This document shows positions 50,001-61,217 of a DNA stretch of 64,000 nucleotides, piece after piece. Every line of letters begins with the position of its first letter. Within the stretch, counting starts at the first letter, position 1. A program made the position numbers and the translations under genes. The stretch is taken from positions 11,532,001 to 11,596,000 of the forward strand of contig CATNEN010000038.1 of the NCBI GenBank assembly GCA_950097015.1, read 5' to 3'. This stretch comes from Macrostomum hystrix (Eukaryota > Animalia > Platyhelminthes). The notes below the pieces were generated by a model. It was not told the DNA's origin. It did not search any database and saw nothing but the letters and a program-made list of their open reading frames with translations.

Positions 50001-50644
50001 TGGGATCTGGGATGAGAATCTAGAATTGGGATCTGGGATGAGAATCTAGAATTGGGATCTGGGATGAGAATCTAGAATTGGGATCTGGGATGAGAATCTA
50101 GAATTGGGATCTGGGATGAGAATCTAGAATTGGGATCTGGGATGAGAATCTAGAATAGGGCTCTGGGATGAGAATCAAGAATTGGGATCTGGGATTAGAA
50201 TCTAGAATGGGGATCTGGGATTAGAATCTAGAATTGGGATCTGGGATTAGAATCTAGAATTGGGATCTGTGATGAGAATCTAGAATAGGGCTCTGGGATT
50301 AGAATCTAGAATTGGGATCTGGGATTAGAATCTAGAATTGGGATCTGTGATGAGAATCTAGAATAGGGCTCTGGGATAAGAATTTAGAATTGGGATCTGG
50401 CATTAAAATCCTTCGGCTACAACGCCCTCCCATTTCGTCACGGGCAGCCGTGGTCGGCTTTGTTCCCAACCACAAGATCAGCGGCTTCGAGGAGGCGAAG
50501 GCCATCGACAAGGTCAACGAGCGCATGCCGCCGAGGCGCGACCCGTCCTTGGCTCCGGCTGCCAGCGGCGGCGGCGGCGACGGCGGCGGTCGCGGCGGGG
50601 CCTCCAACCACAGCAAGACCGGTGGTGGAGTCAGCTCCAAGTGA
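19992..50644 (+). CDS. PPP3CA: Calcineurin A (PP2B catalytic subunit), 10 constitutive exons, 1527 nt, 508 aa
   Basis: Exons 19992-20037, 23403-23728, 28401-28512, 34092-34237, 34599-34816, 41783-41877, 43623-43748, 44139-44216, 48207-48389, 50448-50644. All introns are GT-AG and phase-consistent. Motifs GDIHG, GDYVDRG, RGNHE, SAPNY, CnB-binding helix, CaM-binding [15 protein letters not shown] and autoinhibitory [16 protein letters not shown]. The symbol denotes the family; the vertebrate paralog cannot be assigned. Confidence 0.97.
23403..23728 (+). CDS. PPP3CA: Calcineurin A exon 2
   Basis: VPFPPSHRL...GDIHG...[12 protein letters not shown]. Confidence 0.97.
23890..24575. repeat. 21-bp minisatellite (GGGAATAGGGACAGAAGGATT)
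   Basis: Visible tandem units in calcineurin intron 2. Confidence 0.95.
24912..27400. repeat. 18/19-bp minisatellite (CTGGGAGATGGGAAGACA)
   Basis: Visible tandem units in intron 2. Confidence 0.95.
27871..28310. repeat. Near-perfect 20-bp minisatellite (AGGTCTACTTCAGATTCTTC)
   Basis: About 22 almost identical units. Confidence 0.95.
28401..28512 (+). CDS. PPP3CA: Calcineurin A exon 3
   Basis: [11 protein letters not shown]...[19 protein letters not shown]; not in the ORF track. Confidence 0.97.
28590..29310. repeat. 20/21-bp minisatellite (GGTTAGATAGGAAATCTCAC, then GGTTAGGAAAATCTCACCACT)
   Basis: Visible tandem units; left arm of an inverted pair. Confidence 0.9.
29830..30970. repeat. 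20-bp minisatellite (AGTGAGATTTCTAATCTAAC), inverted relative to 28590-29310
   Basis: The reverse complement of its unit matches the left array unit at 17/20 positions. Confidence 0.9.
31460..33975. repeat. 32/35-bp minisatellite (GTGAGAGGTAGCGATGACCGATTGTAGTACAG)
   Basis: Visible tandem units in intron 3. Confidence 0.95.
34092..34237 (+). CDS. PPP3CA: Calcineurin A exon 4
   Basis: [39 protein letters not shown]... Confidence 0.97.
34330..34565. repeat. 21-bp minisatellite (AAAGTTGGCAATCCCGACTAT)
   Basis: Visible units in intron 4. Confidence 0.9.
34599..34816 (+). CDS. PPP3CA: Calcineurin A exon 5
   Basis: IDRFKEPP...LWSDP...RGCSY...RAHEAQDAG. Confidence 0.97.
34917..35287 (-). mobile_element. 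SINE family A, near full-length (tRNA-like head, (TTA)n tail)
   Basis: Minus-strand head GTGTCGCAGAGCGGGTTAACGCG...GAGCTCGATTCC (A/B-box-like); tail at about 34917-34929; five other copies in the window. Confidence 0.8.
35937..39900. repeat. 17-bp minisatellite (ACTGGGATAACTGAGAC) with 15-bp variants
   Basis: Visible tandem units in intron 5; source of the 1300-aa ORFs. Confidence 0.95.
40480..41665. repeat. 20-bp minisatellite (CTACTCTTGAGCTTCC(A/C/T)TGT)
   Basis: Visible tandem units in intron 5. Confidence 0.95.
41783..41877 (+). CDS. PPP3CA: Calcineurin A exon 6
   Basis: [31 protein letters not shown]. Confidence 0.97.
41975..42700. repeat. Purine-rich ~19-23-bp repeat (GTAGAAAGAGGAGAGAAAGGGG)
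   Basis: Visible units in intron 6. Confidence 0.95.
43290..43605 (+). mobile_element. SINE family A, head-truncated, preceded by a family C fragment
   Basis: Reverse complement of most of 34917-35240; the AT-rich tail ends about 15-20 nt before exon 7. Confidence 0.8.
43623..43748 (+). CDS. PPP3CA: Calcineurin A exon 7
   Basis: [41 protein letters not shown]. Confidence 0.97.
43880..43915 (+). repeat. Interstitial telomeric repeat (TTAGGG)6
   Basis: Six perfect TTAGGG units in intron 7. Confidence 0.9.
44139..44216 (+). CDS. PPP3CA: Calcineurin A exon 8
   Basis: [25 protein letters not shown]; GTAAGT donor. Confidence 0.95.
44441..45105. repeat. 14/16-bp minisatellite (GAGACAGGGGAGAGAT / GAGACAATAGAAAT)
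   Basis: Visible units; the same array and leader recur at 54538-55575. Confidence 0.9.
46506..46514 (+). CDS. Candidate 9-nt alternative microexon of calcineurin A (adds V-P-T)
   Basis: TGCTCTCTGTTTCAG|TACCCACAG|GTAAGT; frame-preserving in the phase-1 intron 8. Confidence 0.7.
47384..47410 (+). CDS. Candidate 27-nt alternative microexon of calcineurin A (adds GNVMSLVGQ)
   Basis: TTCTATCACCAG|27 nt|GTAAGT; frame-preserving with no stop codon. Confidence 0.5.
48207..48389 (+). CDS. PPP3CA: Calcineurin A exon 9 (calmodulin-binding region)
   Basis: [32 protein letters not shown]... Confidence 0.97.
48396..50400. repeat. Adjacent 20-bp (GGGATTCTGTGTTGATTCCT) and 26-bp (GGGATCTGGGATGAGAATCTAGAATT) minisatellites filling intron 9
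   Basis: Visible units; the switch is near 48900. Confidence 0.95.
50448..50644 (+). CDS. PPP3CA: Calcineurin A exon 10 (autoinhibitory domain, stop)
   Basis: [29 protein letters not shown]...; TGA at 50642-50644. Confidence 0.95.
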
Positions 50645-52332
50645 TGAGATGACGAATTCAACTAACAGCAAAAAATGTTTTGTTAATTTAAATCAGTTTA
50701 AACCGAATACGTGTCTCACTACAATGAGCTCAGCCGAATGCTCCTTCTGAATTGTTTTGCTTGTCCGCTAACGGTATTACATGTACTTGTACCTACCCCG
50801 GCTCCGCAACTTCTATTTCTCCCCGCCCAATATTGTTCCTCCTAGATCATTGTAACGATTTTTTCAACAATAAATTATACTGAAAGTGTTCTGATTTTTG
50901 TTGACTGCTCGCTTTTTTGCAATGCATACTACTACTGCTCAGTGACATTCTGAGTAGCGCGATAAGTGTATCATCTTTTTTTAGGATTTTTAAATCACTT
51001 TTTTTATAGCAGGACAATTTATTTTGTTTTATATTATTTTACCTTTGTCCTCGCAGCTTGGTCTGACCATATTTGACAACGCTTTAAATAACCGAATCAT
51101 ACTACTTATATTACCCATCAGTAGTTCCATTCACGCCTCTGTGCGATCATAAGCTTGGTGTCATTGTTGTTGTTGTTTTCTGCTTGTTTTTTTCTAGCTA
51201 AATAACTCTTTCTACAATCTCAATAGACCCAAACGGATCTTCATGTACTTTTATACCCCAAGCTGACGGCGAATCTTCTTCAAGCACATATCGGTATTTT
51301 TTGCCTGTTTTGACTAATCCATTGGTATAAATATATTTGAGTAGTGAGTTAGATGTTGTTGTCTGTGTTTATTGTGGCCGATCTCGAAACTTCGCCCGAA
51401 GCGCTGTTTTTCCAAAGTGTTTCCGCAACGATCGCCATGTCTTTTTTCACTCTAATTCTGCGATAATTTTTTATAGTTTCTACTCATAGTAGCGTGATAC
51501 AGCTGGTTGGATTTTTCGTTGATTTTTGTCAAAAGTCCAAATAATATTTTTTCAGAATTAGGCGGCTATTTAATAACCAAAAATTTTGTTTAACTTTTTG
51601 CCTCGCTGCGTTTGTCGGTAAAACAATATTTTCAAATCTTCAAATTTAAAATATGTTCAGTAGTCTGAAATAAAAAATTATAATTCTCGTAATAAACTTT
51701 ATCAACTTTCTTGACGTCGGGAGTTCGAGACCCATAGTACTGAAGTCCGGGTCTTATTATCAATAAAATTTATTATACCGGACACTGCTGATGGCAGTTT
51801 TTTGACTGGTTATATTTTTGACCATTTTGTTAAAACTATCTCTGCGCTTCTATTTACTGGCCCCTTCAATCCAAAGCTTTTTCCGGGTTTGCGTATTATG
51901 AGCGTTCGGTAAAGTGAATGTACGCTAACACATTGCACTTTATTGATATTGTCTGATGTTCTGCCGCGTGATCATTCTTTTCAGTGTTCAGTGTTTATGT
52001 CTGCTGTCAATTGAAATTACTAATTAGAAACTTGTAATAAATTTAATAATTAATTTCACACGTCAGTTAAAAAGTATTACTTCGTAAGGAGAAAGAAGAA
52101 ATTTATTTATAGATGTGAATCCTAGATTTTCTGTGATTCGACATAAGATTGACAATTGACGCTTTGGTAAGCCCTGTTTATTTATATCTAACAATAAACA
52201 TTTATTTGTACTTTAAATTTAAAGGTCTGACATTGCTCTATTTAATAAAAAGACTGACTTTTGCGTGACAAATTTTCTCCTGTTCTTGTTATTACCTTTT
52301 TTCACTTAATTAAGAAAATCGAGTAACAGTTG

Positions 52333-53060
52333 GAGTAGAAGGATCAGTGGCGTAGAATGATTAGTGGTTTAGAAGGATCAGTGGGGTAGAAGGATCGGTG
52401 GGGTAGAAGGATCAGTGGGGTAGAAGGATCGGTGGGGTAGAAGGATCAGTGGGGTAGAAGGATCAGTGGGGTAGAAGGATCAGTGGGGTAGAATGATTAG
52501 TGGTTTAGAAGGATCGGTGGGGTAGAAGGATCAGTGGGGTAGAAGGATCGGTGGGGTAGAAGGATCAGTGGGGTAGAAGGATCAGTGGGGTAGAAGGATC
52601 GGTGGGGTAGAAGGATCAGTGGGGTAGAAGGATCGGTGGGGTAGAAGGATCGGTGGGGTAGAAGGATCGGTGGGGTAGAAGGATCGGTGGGGTAGAAGGA
52701 TCGGTGGGGTAGAAGGATCGGTGGGGTAGAAGGATCGGTGGGGTAGAAGGATCAGTGGGGTAGAAGGATCGGTGGGGTAGAAGGATCGGTGGGGTAGAAG
52801 GATCAGTGGGGTAGAAGGATCAGTGGGGTAGAAGGATCAGTGGGGTAGAAGGATCAGTGGGGTAGAAGGATCGGTGGGGTAGAAGGATCAGTGGGGTAGA
52901 AGGATCGGTGGGGTAGAAGGATCAGTGGGGTAGAAGGATCGGTGGGGTAGAAGGATCGGTGGGGTAGAAGGATCAGTGGGGTAGAAGGATCAGTGGGGTA
53001 GAAGGATCGGTGGGGTAGAAGGATCAGTGGGGTAGAAGGATCGGTGGGGTAGAAGGATTG
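52333..53060. repeat. 17-bp minisatellite (GGGGTAGAAGGATC(A/G)GT)
   Basis: Visible units starting about 25 nt past the PLA2 stop codon. Confidence 0.95.
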
Positions 53061-53084
53061 GTTACACTCAGGATAGCAACACTG

Positions 53085-54222
53085 TCAAAGTTCTTCATCG
53101 TAGTGCTCAGCGCCGAAATCCAGAAACGACGCTGCCGAGGTTTTTGAAGAAGACTTCTCATTCTCAGAGTTTTTGTTCTGCTGACGCTCTTCGTGATCTG
53201 AAATTTTATTAGGTACCTTTATAGATTTCTCCACCGAAATGTGCATCTCGCTACTTGCAATAGTCAGCCATTCGCAAAACCTTATCTTACCTGTCAGCCA
53301 GTCACTCACCCGTCTGCCCGGGGCACTGGCACGCCTCTGCCTGGGCCTCCAGGTAGAACTGGCAGCCGATGTTCTGGACTGTCCCGTGTAACAGACTGGA
53401 CAAGCTGCGACAGGCTGCGAATAATGCGGGCGCGTACAGGTTGAGGAGCATATTTTAATGTATTCCCACTACACTCCAACTGTTAACGTAAATTCAGCAC
53501 CCAGATGACAGTCACACGTAGGGGCGCCAGAACTGGGGTGGGGTCACGCTGTATATGAGAGGCTAATTGGCTTAAAAACTGTTTAAACAGCAAAGCCCCG
53601 ACTGCAGCTCGTACTAGAGTAGGCCTTGATTTTTTCCGGCGTCTGAGTAGGAGCTGGGCGTATCGAGTCGCAGGCCGCGTTGAGGCAGGCTGAGAAGCGC
53701 GATTCGCAAGCAGATTTCGGCGTGTTGCAGGTGCCATAGCAGATGTCGTGTCGATTGCAGCACTCGGTGATGGCTGGCAGAGCGCTTGTGTCCACCTGAC
53801 AAGTTCGGGTTGATTGAAAAGTCAAACGGCCTCTAGAAAAAGTAATAAACTTGGATGCCCGACCGAATTGAGCTAGGTATCACTTCTATCTATCTATGAC
53901 ATGATATCTTAAGCGAGTCTCGTACAGTAGAGTTTGAGCAATGAACGGAATCTGATCAGCTTACGTGGAACTCCTGACTACCGCAGCCGTTGAATGTCGG
54001 CCTGTAGCCCGGTTTGGGTTTCGGTTGAGCATTCAGAGGGCATCTGTACTGACAGTCGGCTTCCTTGTCGCTGCCGCCCCCGCCTCCGCCAAGGAAAGTG
54101 GTGAATGCTCGAAGACTCGTTTCGAGGTGCTCCAGCGACTTGTCGTTGACAGTCGACTGCCGGCAATGAGCAGGAGCGCTCGCCAGGGCAAGGAAAAGAA
54201 GCAGACTAAGTAGGAGGGGCAT
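53085..54222 (-). CDS. PLA2G12A: Group XII secreted phospholipase A2, 218 aa; exons 54222-53965, 53795-53615, 53414-53310, 53197-53085
   Basis: Signal peptide, CQYRC...NGCGS Ca-loop, CCNRHDICY with intact His-Asp, GCQFYLEAQAEACQC, C-terminal DEEL. The phases join. The exon 2 donor (GTACGA) is weak. Confidence 0.88.
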
Positions 54223-54394
54223 GGTGGCTTGTGTCAGGGTTTTGCACTAGTCTTCTAGTTTCAACTACATTTTATTTCCATACCACACCAAATCCTACTG
54301 GCTATAGTTTATTGAAACACCTGCACAAGCACCATTCAACCATGCTGATTGCAAAACACTGCTTTCCCAGTGGGCTTCGGTCATTATAACAGTC

Positions 54395-54537
54395 AGGGAA
54401 AAACTAGTTGGGAGCATGTACTGTTTGTTCAGGCCATTGGATTTTGCTAGACTAGCAGACAAAACATTTTCTGGATCGTTCAAATTCGAACAGAATTTTT
54501 TAGAATACCACTTTGGTTACATTTTCAGAAGCGTTAC
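54395..54537. repeat. ~140-bp direct repeat, copy 1 (copy 2 at 55575-55712)
   Basis: AGGGAAAAACTAGTTGGGAGCAT...CATTTTCAGAAG(C/T)GTTAC occurs twice, with a few substitutions and a 5-nt indel. Confidence 0.9.
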
Positions 54538-55575
54538 CAATTTAACTCTAGAACCCAACTAGCAGATGTTTCGCTTTTGTCGTGTCTATTCTTCAATCCG
54601 GTAGATTTATTCTGTCTCTAATTTAGCGATGGCAATTTAGAGCCTCTCAGGCCAAAGAGTTAATCAAATAGGTTGCTGACTGAGACAGGGGAGAGATGAG
54701 ACACGGGAGAGATGAGACAGGGGAGAGACGAGACACGGGAGAGATGAGACATGGGGGGAGAGACGAGACACGGGAGATGAGACAGAGGAGAGATGAGACA
54801 ATAGAAATGAGACAGAGGAGAGATGAGACAATAGAAATAAGACAGGGGGAGATGAGACACGGGAGAGATGAGACAGGGGAGAGATGAGACAATAGAAATG
54901 AGACAGGGGAGAGACGAGACAATAGAAATGAGACAGGGGAGAGACGAGACAATAGAAATGAGACAGGGGAGAGATGAGACACGGGAGAGATGAGACAGGG
55001 GAGAGACGAGACAATAGAAATGAGACAGGGGAGAGACGAGACACGGGAGAGATGAGACAGGGGAGAGACGAGACAATAGAAATGAGACAGGGGAGAGACG
55101 AGACACGGGAGAGATGAGACAGGGGAGAGACGAGACAATAGAAATGAGACAGGGGAGAGACGAGACACGGGAGAGATGAGACAGGGGAGAGACGAGACAC
55201 GGGAGAGATGAGACAGGGGAGAGACGAGACAATAGAAATGAGACAGGGGAGAGACGAGACACGGGAGAGATGAGACAGGGGAGAGACGAGACACGGGAGA
55301 GATGAGACAGGGGAGAGACGAGACAATAGAAATAAGACAGAGGAGAGATGAGACAATAGAAATAAGACAGAGGAGAGATGAGACAATAGAAATAAGACAG
55401 AGGAGAGATGAGACAATAGAAATAAGACAGAGGAGAGATGAGACAATAGAAATAAGACAGAGGAGAGATGAGACAATAGAAATAAGACAGAGGAGAGATG
55501 AGACAATAGAAATAAGACAGAGGAGAGATGAGACAATAGAAATAAGACAGAGGAGAGATGAGACAATAGAAATAA
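54538..55575. repeat. Duplicate of the 44297-45105 leader plus GAGAC minisatellite
   Basis: The ~140-bp unique leader is near-identical to 44300-44440 and is followed by the same repeat family. Confidence 0.9.
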
Positions 55576-56581
55576 GGGAAAAACTAGTTGGGAGCATATA
55601 CTGTTTGTTCAGGCCATTGGATTTTGCTAGACTAGCAGATTAAACATTTTCTGGATCGTTCAAATTCGAACAGAATAGAATACCACTTTGGTTACATTTT
55701 CAGAAGTGTTACGGCTAGAAATATACCCGTCACTTGGATGAATAATGCACCTGGTTGTGAGTAAAACTACGTAATTTAGTCGTGAGTGTTTCTATGAAGA
55801 AAACAATTATTTTCTATCCACACTGTATCTCCTTTCTAAGCACTATCGATAAATAAGTAGCGACTCACTCGACGTTGTTCATTGAGTGGTTGATCAGAGT
55901 GCAGTAAATTTTATTTTAAACCAGAAATATAGACTTTAGCCGGTAATGTCTGTGAAGCTTTGCTACCTTTTCCAATCGCTAATTTTGCCTTTTATCTACG
56001 AGCTAATTGCAAGCGGCGTTCGATTTCGGAATCCTTTTAACAGCTCTTTCCGCTGACATCTTACTGTCTATGGTATTCTTTGAAAATTTATCGTTTTATT
56101 CATGGACGTAAACTTCATATACGCAAAAAAAGCTCGTATATTGATCCGCTTATTTTTATGGAATGGGCCGTCTATGGCTATTCCCGTTTACGTACAAACC
56201 TTTTCTAATTTTCCAGGTCTTCTTTTCAAATTGCCTCAAAATGTTCAATCAATAACACGATACAAGTTTTTTAACAAGCTACGGGCTCGTATTCATAGCT
56301 GAATAGTTAGTTTGCTGCTTATTTAGCAGTTAATTTAAAATAGATTAGAACCTTCTCACCATCGATCTCCACTTTCTCAATTCCACGTTAATGTTTTACT
56401 GGTTCCATAGGTATTTCAACACTTTTCTGATGAGCATTAGCAGTAACTTCACTTCATAATGCTGAATCATTGTGATGATATCCTTCAACGAACCAGGTTT
56501 TAACTTCTGACCGTCAACCTTCCGGACTTCCAACACAAAGTACTGCAGCAACTCGTTAAGTCGTTAAGTCGTTAAGCAACT

Positions 56582-57458
56582 CGATACCATTGTGACACTG
56601 ATTCTGATACCATTGTGACACTGATTCTGATACCATTGTGACACTGATTCTGATACCATTGTGACACTGATTCTGATACCATTGTGACACTGATTCTGAT
56701 ACCATTGTGACACTGATTCTGATACCATTGTGACACTGATTCCGATACCATTGTGACACTGATTCTGATACCATTGTGACACTGATTCTGATACCATTGT
56801 GACACTGATTCTGATACCATTGTGACACTGATTCTGATACCATTGTGACACTGATTCTGATACCATTGTGACACTGATTCTGATACAATTGTGACACTGA
56901 TTCTAATACCATTGTGACACTGATTCTGATACCATTGTGACTCTGATTCTGATACAATTGTGACACTGATTCTGATACCATTGTGACTCTGATTCTGATA
57001 CCATTGTGACTCTGATTCTGATACCATTGTGACACTGATTCTGATACCATTGTGACACTGATTCTGATACCATTGTGACACTGATTCTGATACCATTGTG
57101 ACACTGATTCTGATACCATTGTGACACTGATTCTGATACCATTGTGACACTGATTCTGATACAATTGTGACACTGATTCTGATACCATTGTGACACTGAT
57201 TCTGATACCATTGTGACACTGATTCTGATACCATTGTGACACTGATTCTGATACCATTGTGACACTGATTCTGATACAATTGTGACACTGATTCTAATAC
57301 CATTGTGACACTGATTCTGATACAATTGTGACACTGATTCTGATACCATTGTGACTCTGATTCTGATACAATTGTGACACTGATTCTGATACCATTGTGA
57401 CACTGATTCTGATACCATTGTGACACTGATTCTGATACCATTGTGACACTGATTCTGA
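56582..57458. repeat. 23-bp minisatellite (GATACCATTGTGACACTGATTCT)
   Basis: Visible tandem units. Confidence 0.95.
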
Positions 57459-58541
57459 TTTGCAGTTTTTAATTTTTTTTTCAATGTCGCAGTGAAACTA
57501 AACAGTACAGGTAGATGTAACGGCTGTTAACTGCTGTGTATAAATTTTACTTTTATCCCAAGTACCTTTGACAGGTGCTAATACAGAAAATAGCTAAATG
57601 GACTATGAACCATGCATTGGACCAAACATTCTGCTCGAGTCTGGAGAAAATGCTTTATCTGTAGTACATTTTAACAAGTGTTACCGTTATAAATAAATCC
57701 ACGTCACTGACGCGCCTGATCAACTTCGATGATTAATGCACCTGCTATCTAATATTTCTTGCTTTTTTGCTTTTCGATAAGATATCCAGTTGAGATTGTT
57801 CTGCAAACCCCTTTGCACACCTGAGTAAAACTACGTAATTTAGTCGTCAGTATATCAGACGTGCCAATTTACTTTCCTTTGCCAAGCGCTTTCGATAAAG
57901 AACTCGTGATGGCCTTCATTGGGTGGTCAATTGGCAGTCAGAAAATTATATTTCAAAATTGAAATCTAGCATTTGGCCAGCAATAAATTAGAAATTTCGA
58001 GAAGTTTTTGCTACCTTTTCAAATCGATAATTGTGTAGAAATATAGGCAGCGTTCAATTATATAACAGGTCCTCCTAGTGACAACTTACTAACCGTCTGA
58101 CAGTTTTCTAACGATGTAAAGGTTTCTATTCGGAAAACGTAGCATTTGCCAGTAGAATAATGTATTTCAGTATTCATAGGACTTAACTATATCCAAAGAG
58201 AAACTTTCTTGTGGAAGCTATCGTCGCACTTGCTCAAAGTTAGCAATCGCAGCAACACAATGCTCTCCGCGAGTTCGACGCGAACATCGAGGCCTTTAAC
58301 TTTTTTTAGTCGAAGTGAAAGCGAAGCCTGATTAGATAAGAAGGCTGCCCTCCACCACGGCAGGTGGCTGAGCTACATTCGTCAGGTCAGTTTTTTTACC
58401 TGATAAGATAAGCACAGCTCAAGTCTTTCGCCTATCGTCATTTTTGTTATAAATGCTAGGCCCCACAAAGGCTGCTGAAAGAGAATTGCGTTAGATAATC
58501 TCTTTATTTTTTCCGCTTAGCAGTTTAACAGGTTGATCAGC

Positions 58542-59786
<1,245 letters not shown>

Positions 59787-60124
59787 GAACAGTGAACTGA
59801 TGGTTAACTGCAGGAAGATACAGCGTACAGTTACACCCCACAAAATACTTTCGTATCCAATAACAAAATGTAATAAGCAAAGAAGCTATCTCTAAAATTT
59901 CTATTAACTTATTTTCTTACCTGTACACCAGATTTTTTATTATAAGAAGTTAGTTTTTCCTAAGAAGTTCTTGAAGCCATTAAAGTATTAAATTTACGAT
60001 ACGAACTCCACATGTGGCAAAATATAACAGTAAATGTACTTTATTGTCTAAAAGGATAATTCATCGAAAATATTAAAGTTTTTCAGTATTGATCTATATA
60101 CACTTATTTACTTTATTTTATTAT

Positions 60125-60372
60125 TTAATAATAATAATAATTACATCAGGGCTGCGGGCAATGGTACATAATTTGGTGACACAATAGACCTGCTGCTAGC
60201 GAGGAGGCAATGCTGCCCATTTCGCTGACTCCTGAGCGCGCACGCACACAGATACAGTTCGCAGGCACAGAGGTGTGTACATCTGCTCCAACTTTCTCAT
60301 TGTCAGGCAGTGTAAACTCTCACTGTGCCTTGGAGGTTGGCCCTCAAGGGGCGTAAATTGACAAGCATCAAG
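60125..60372 (-). mobile_element. SINE family A, 3' portion
   Basis: Matches 34917-35170 in the same orientation. Confidence 0.75.
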
Positions 60373-60386
60373 CTTTCGTAACAGCC

Positions 60387-61217
60387 GTGGCAGCAGTCGT
60401 TACAGCAGTTGCAGCAGTCGTTACAGAAGTGGCAGCAGTCGTTACAGCAGTGGCAGCAGTCGTTACAGAAGTGGCAGCAGTCGTTACAGCAGTGGCAGCA
60501 GTCGTTACAGCAGTGGCAGCAGTCGTTACAGCAGTGGCAGCAGTCGTTACAGCAGTGGCAGCAGTCGTTACAGCAGTGGCAGCAGTCGTTACAGCAGTGG
60601 CAGCAGTCGTTACAGTAGTGGCAGCAGTCGTTACAGTAGTGGCAGCAGTCGTTACAGCAGTGGCAGCAGTCGTTACAGTAGTGGCAGCAGTCGTTACAGC
60701 AGTGGCAGCAGTCGTTACAGCAGTGGCAGCAGTCGTTACAGCAGTGGCAGCAGTCGTTAAATATAATAATAATAATTGACACTAGACCCAAGGGCCAGTG
60801 CAGGTGTTGTGTGTCAGGCACACTAGCAGGTGGGGACTGCACACCTATTGTACTCCCCCGCTCTCTCGGACACCGGTTGACAGCCGCGTGTCAGCAATGG
60901 AATTTATTTTTCCAAACATATCGGCAGCATCCAAACCCCACAGAATTGCCGCACAGAATTGCTTTATTCCACGCCAGCCGGAATTATTATTACCCGACGA
61001 AATGTCGGTACTCATTTGCAGCTGAGTAGACTGTGCGCACATCAGAGCAAAGCAGCTTGCCAAAGGCTGCACGAATATTTCTAGACTAGGTCGGGAGTCG
61101 AACCCAGGACCATCTGATCCCGAGTCCGACACCTTACTGACTGAGCTATCCGCCCTCAGTCGTTACAGCGGTGGCAGCAGTCGTTACAGCAGTGGCAGCA
61201 GTCGTTACAGCCGTGGC
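60387..61217. repeat. 21-bp minisatellite (GTGGCAGCAGTCGTTACAGCA) split by a SINE
   Basis: Units at 60387-60759 resume at 61157-61217. Confidence 0.9.
60760..61156 (-). mobile_element. SINE family B, full length, 9-bp TSD CAGTCGTTA
   Basis: Minus-strand head GGGCGGATAGCTCAGTCAG...GGGTTCGACTCCC (A/B boxes), central TTGGCAAG...ACTCAGCTGCAAATGAGTACC block, (TTA)n tail, TSD at 60751-60759 and 61157-61165. Confidence 0.88.

Noticed and set aside
53583-53614. Apparent PLA2 truncation (stop after ...RGFAV)
   Set aside because: Resolved by splicing at 53615 to the exon at 53414, so this is not a pseudogene.
60303-60842. Cys/His-rich metallothionein-like ORF (NDCCHCC)n
   Set aside because: A 21-bp minisatellite flanked by SINE sequence, with no real ATG start.
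61085-61156. tRNA gene
   Set aside because: The tRNA-like head runs into a SINE body with tail and TSD, and the cloverleaf is incomplete.
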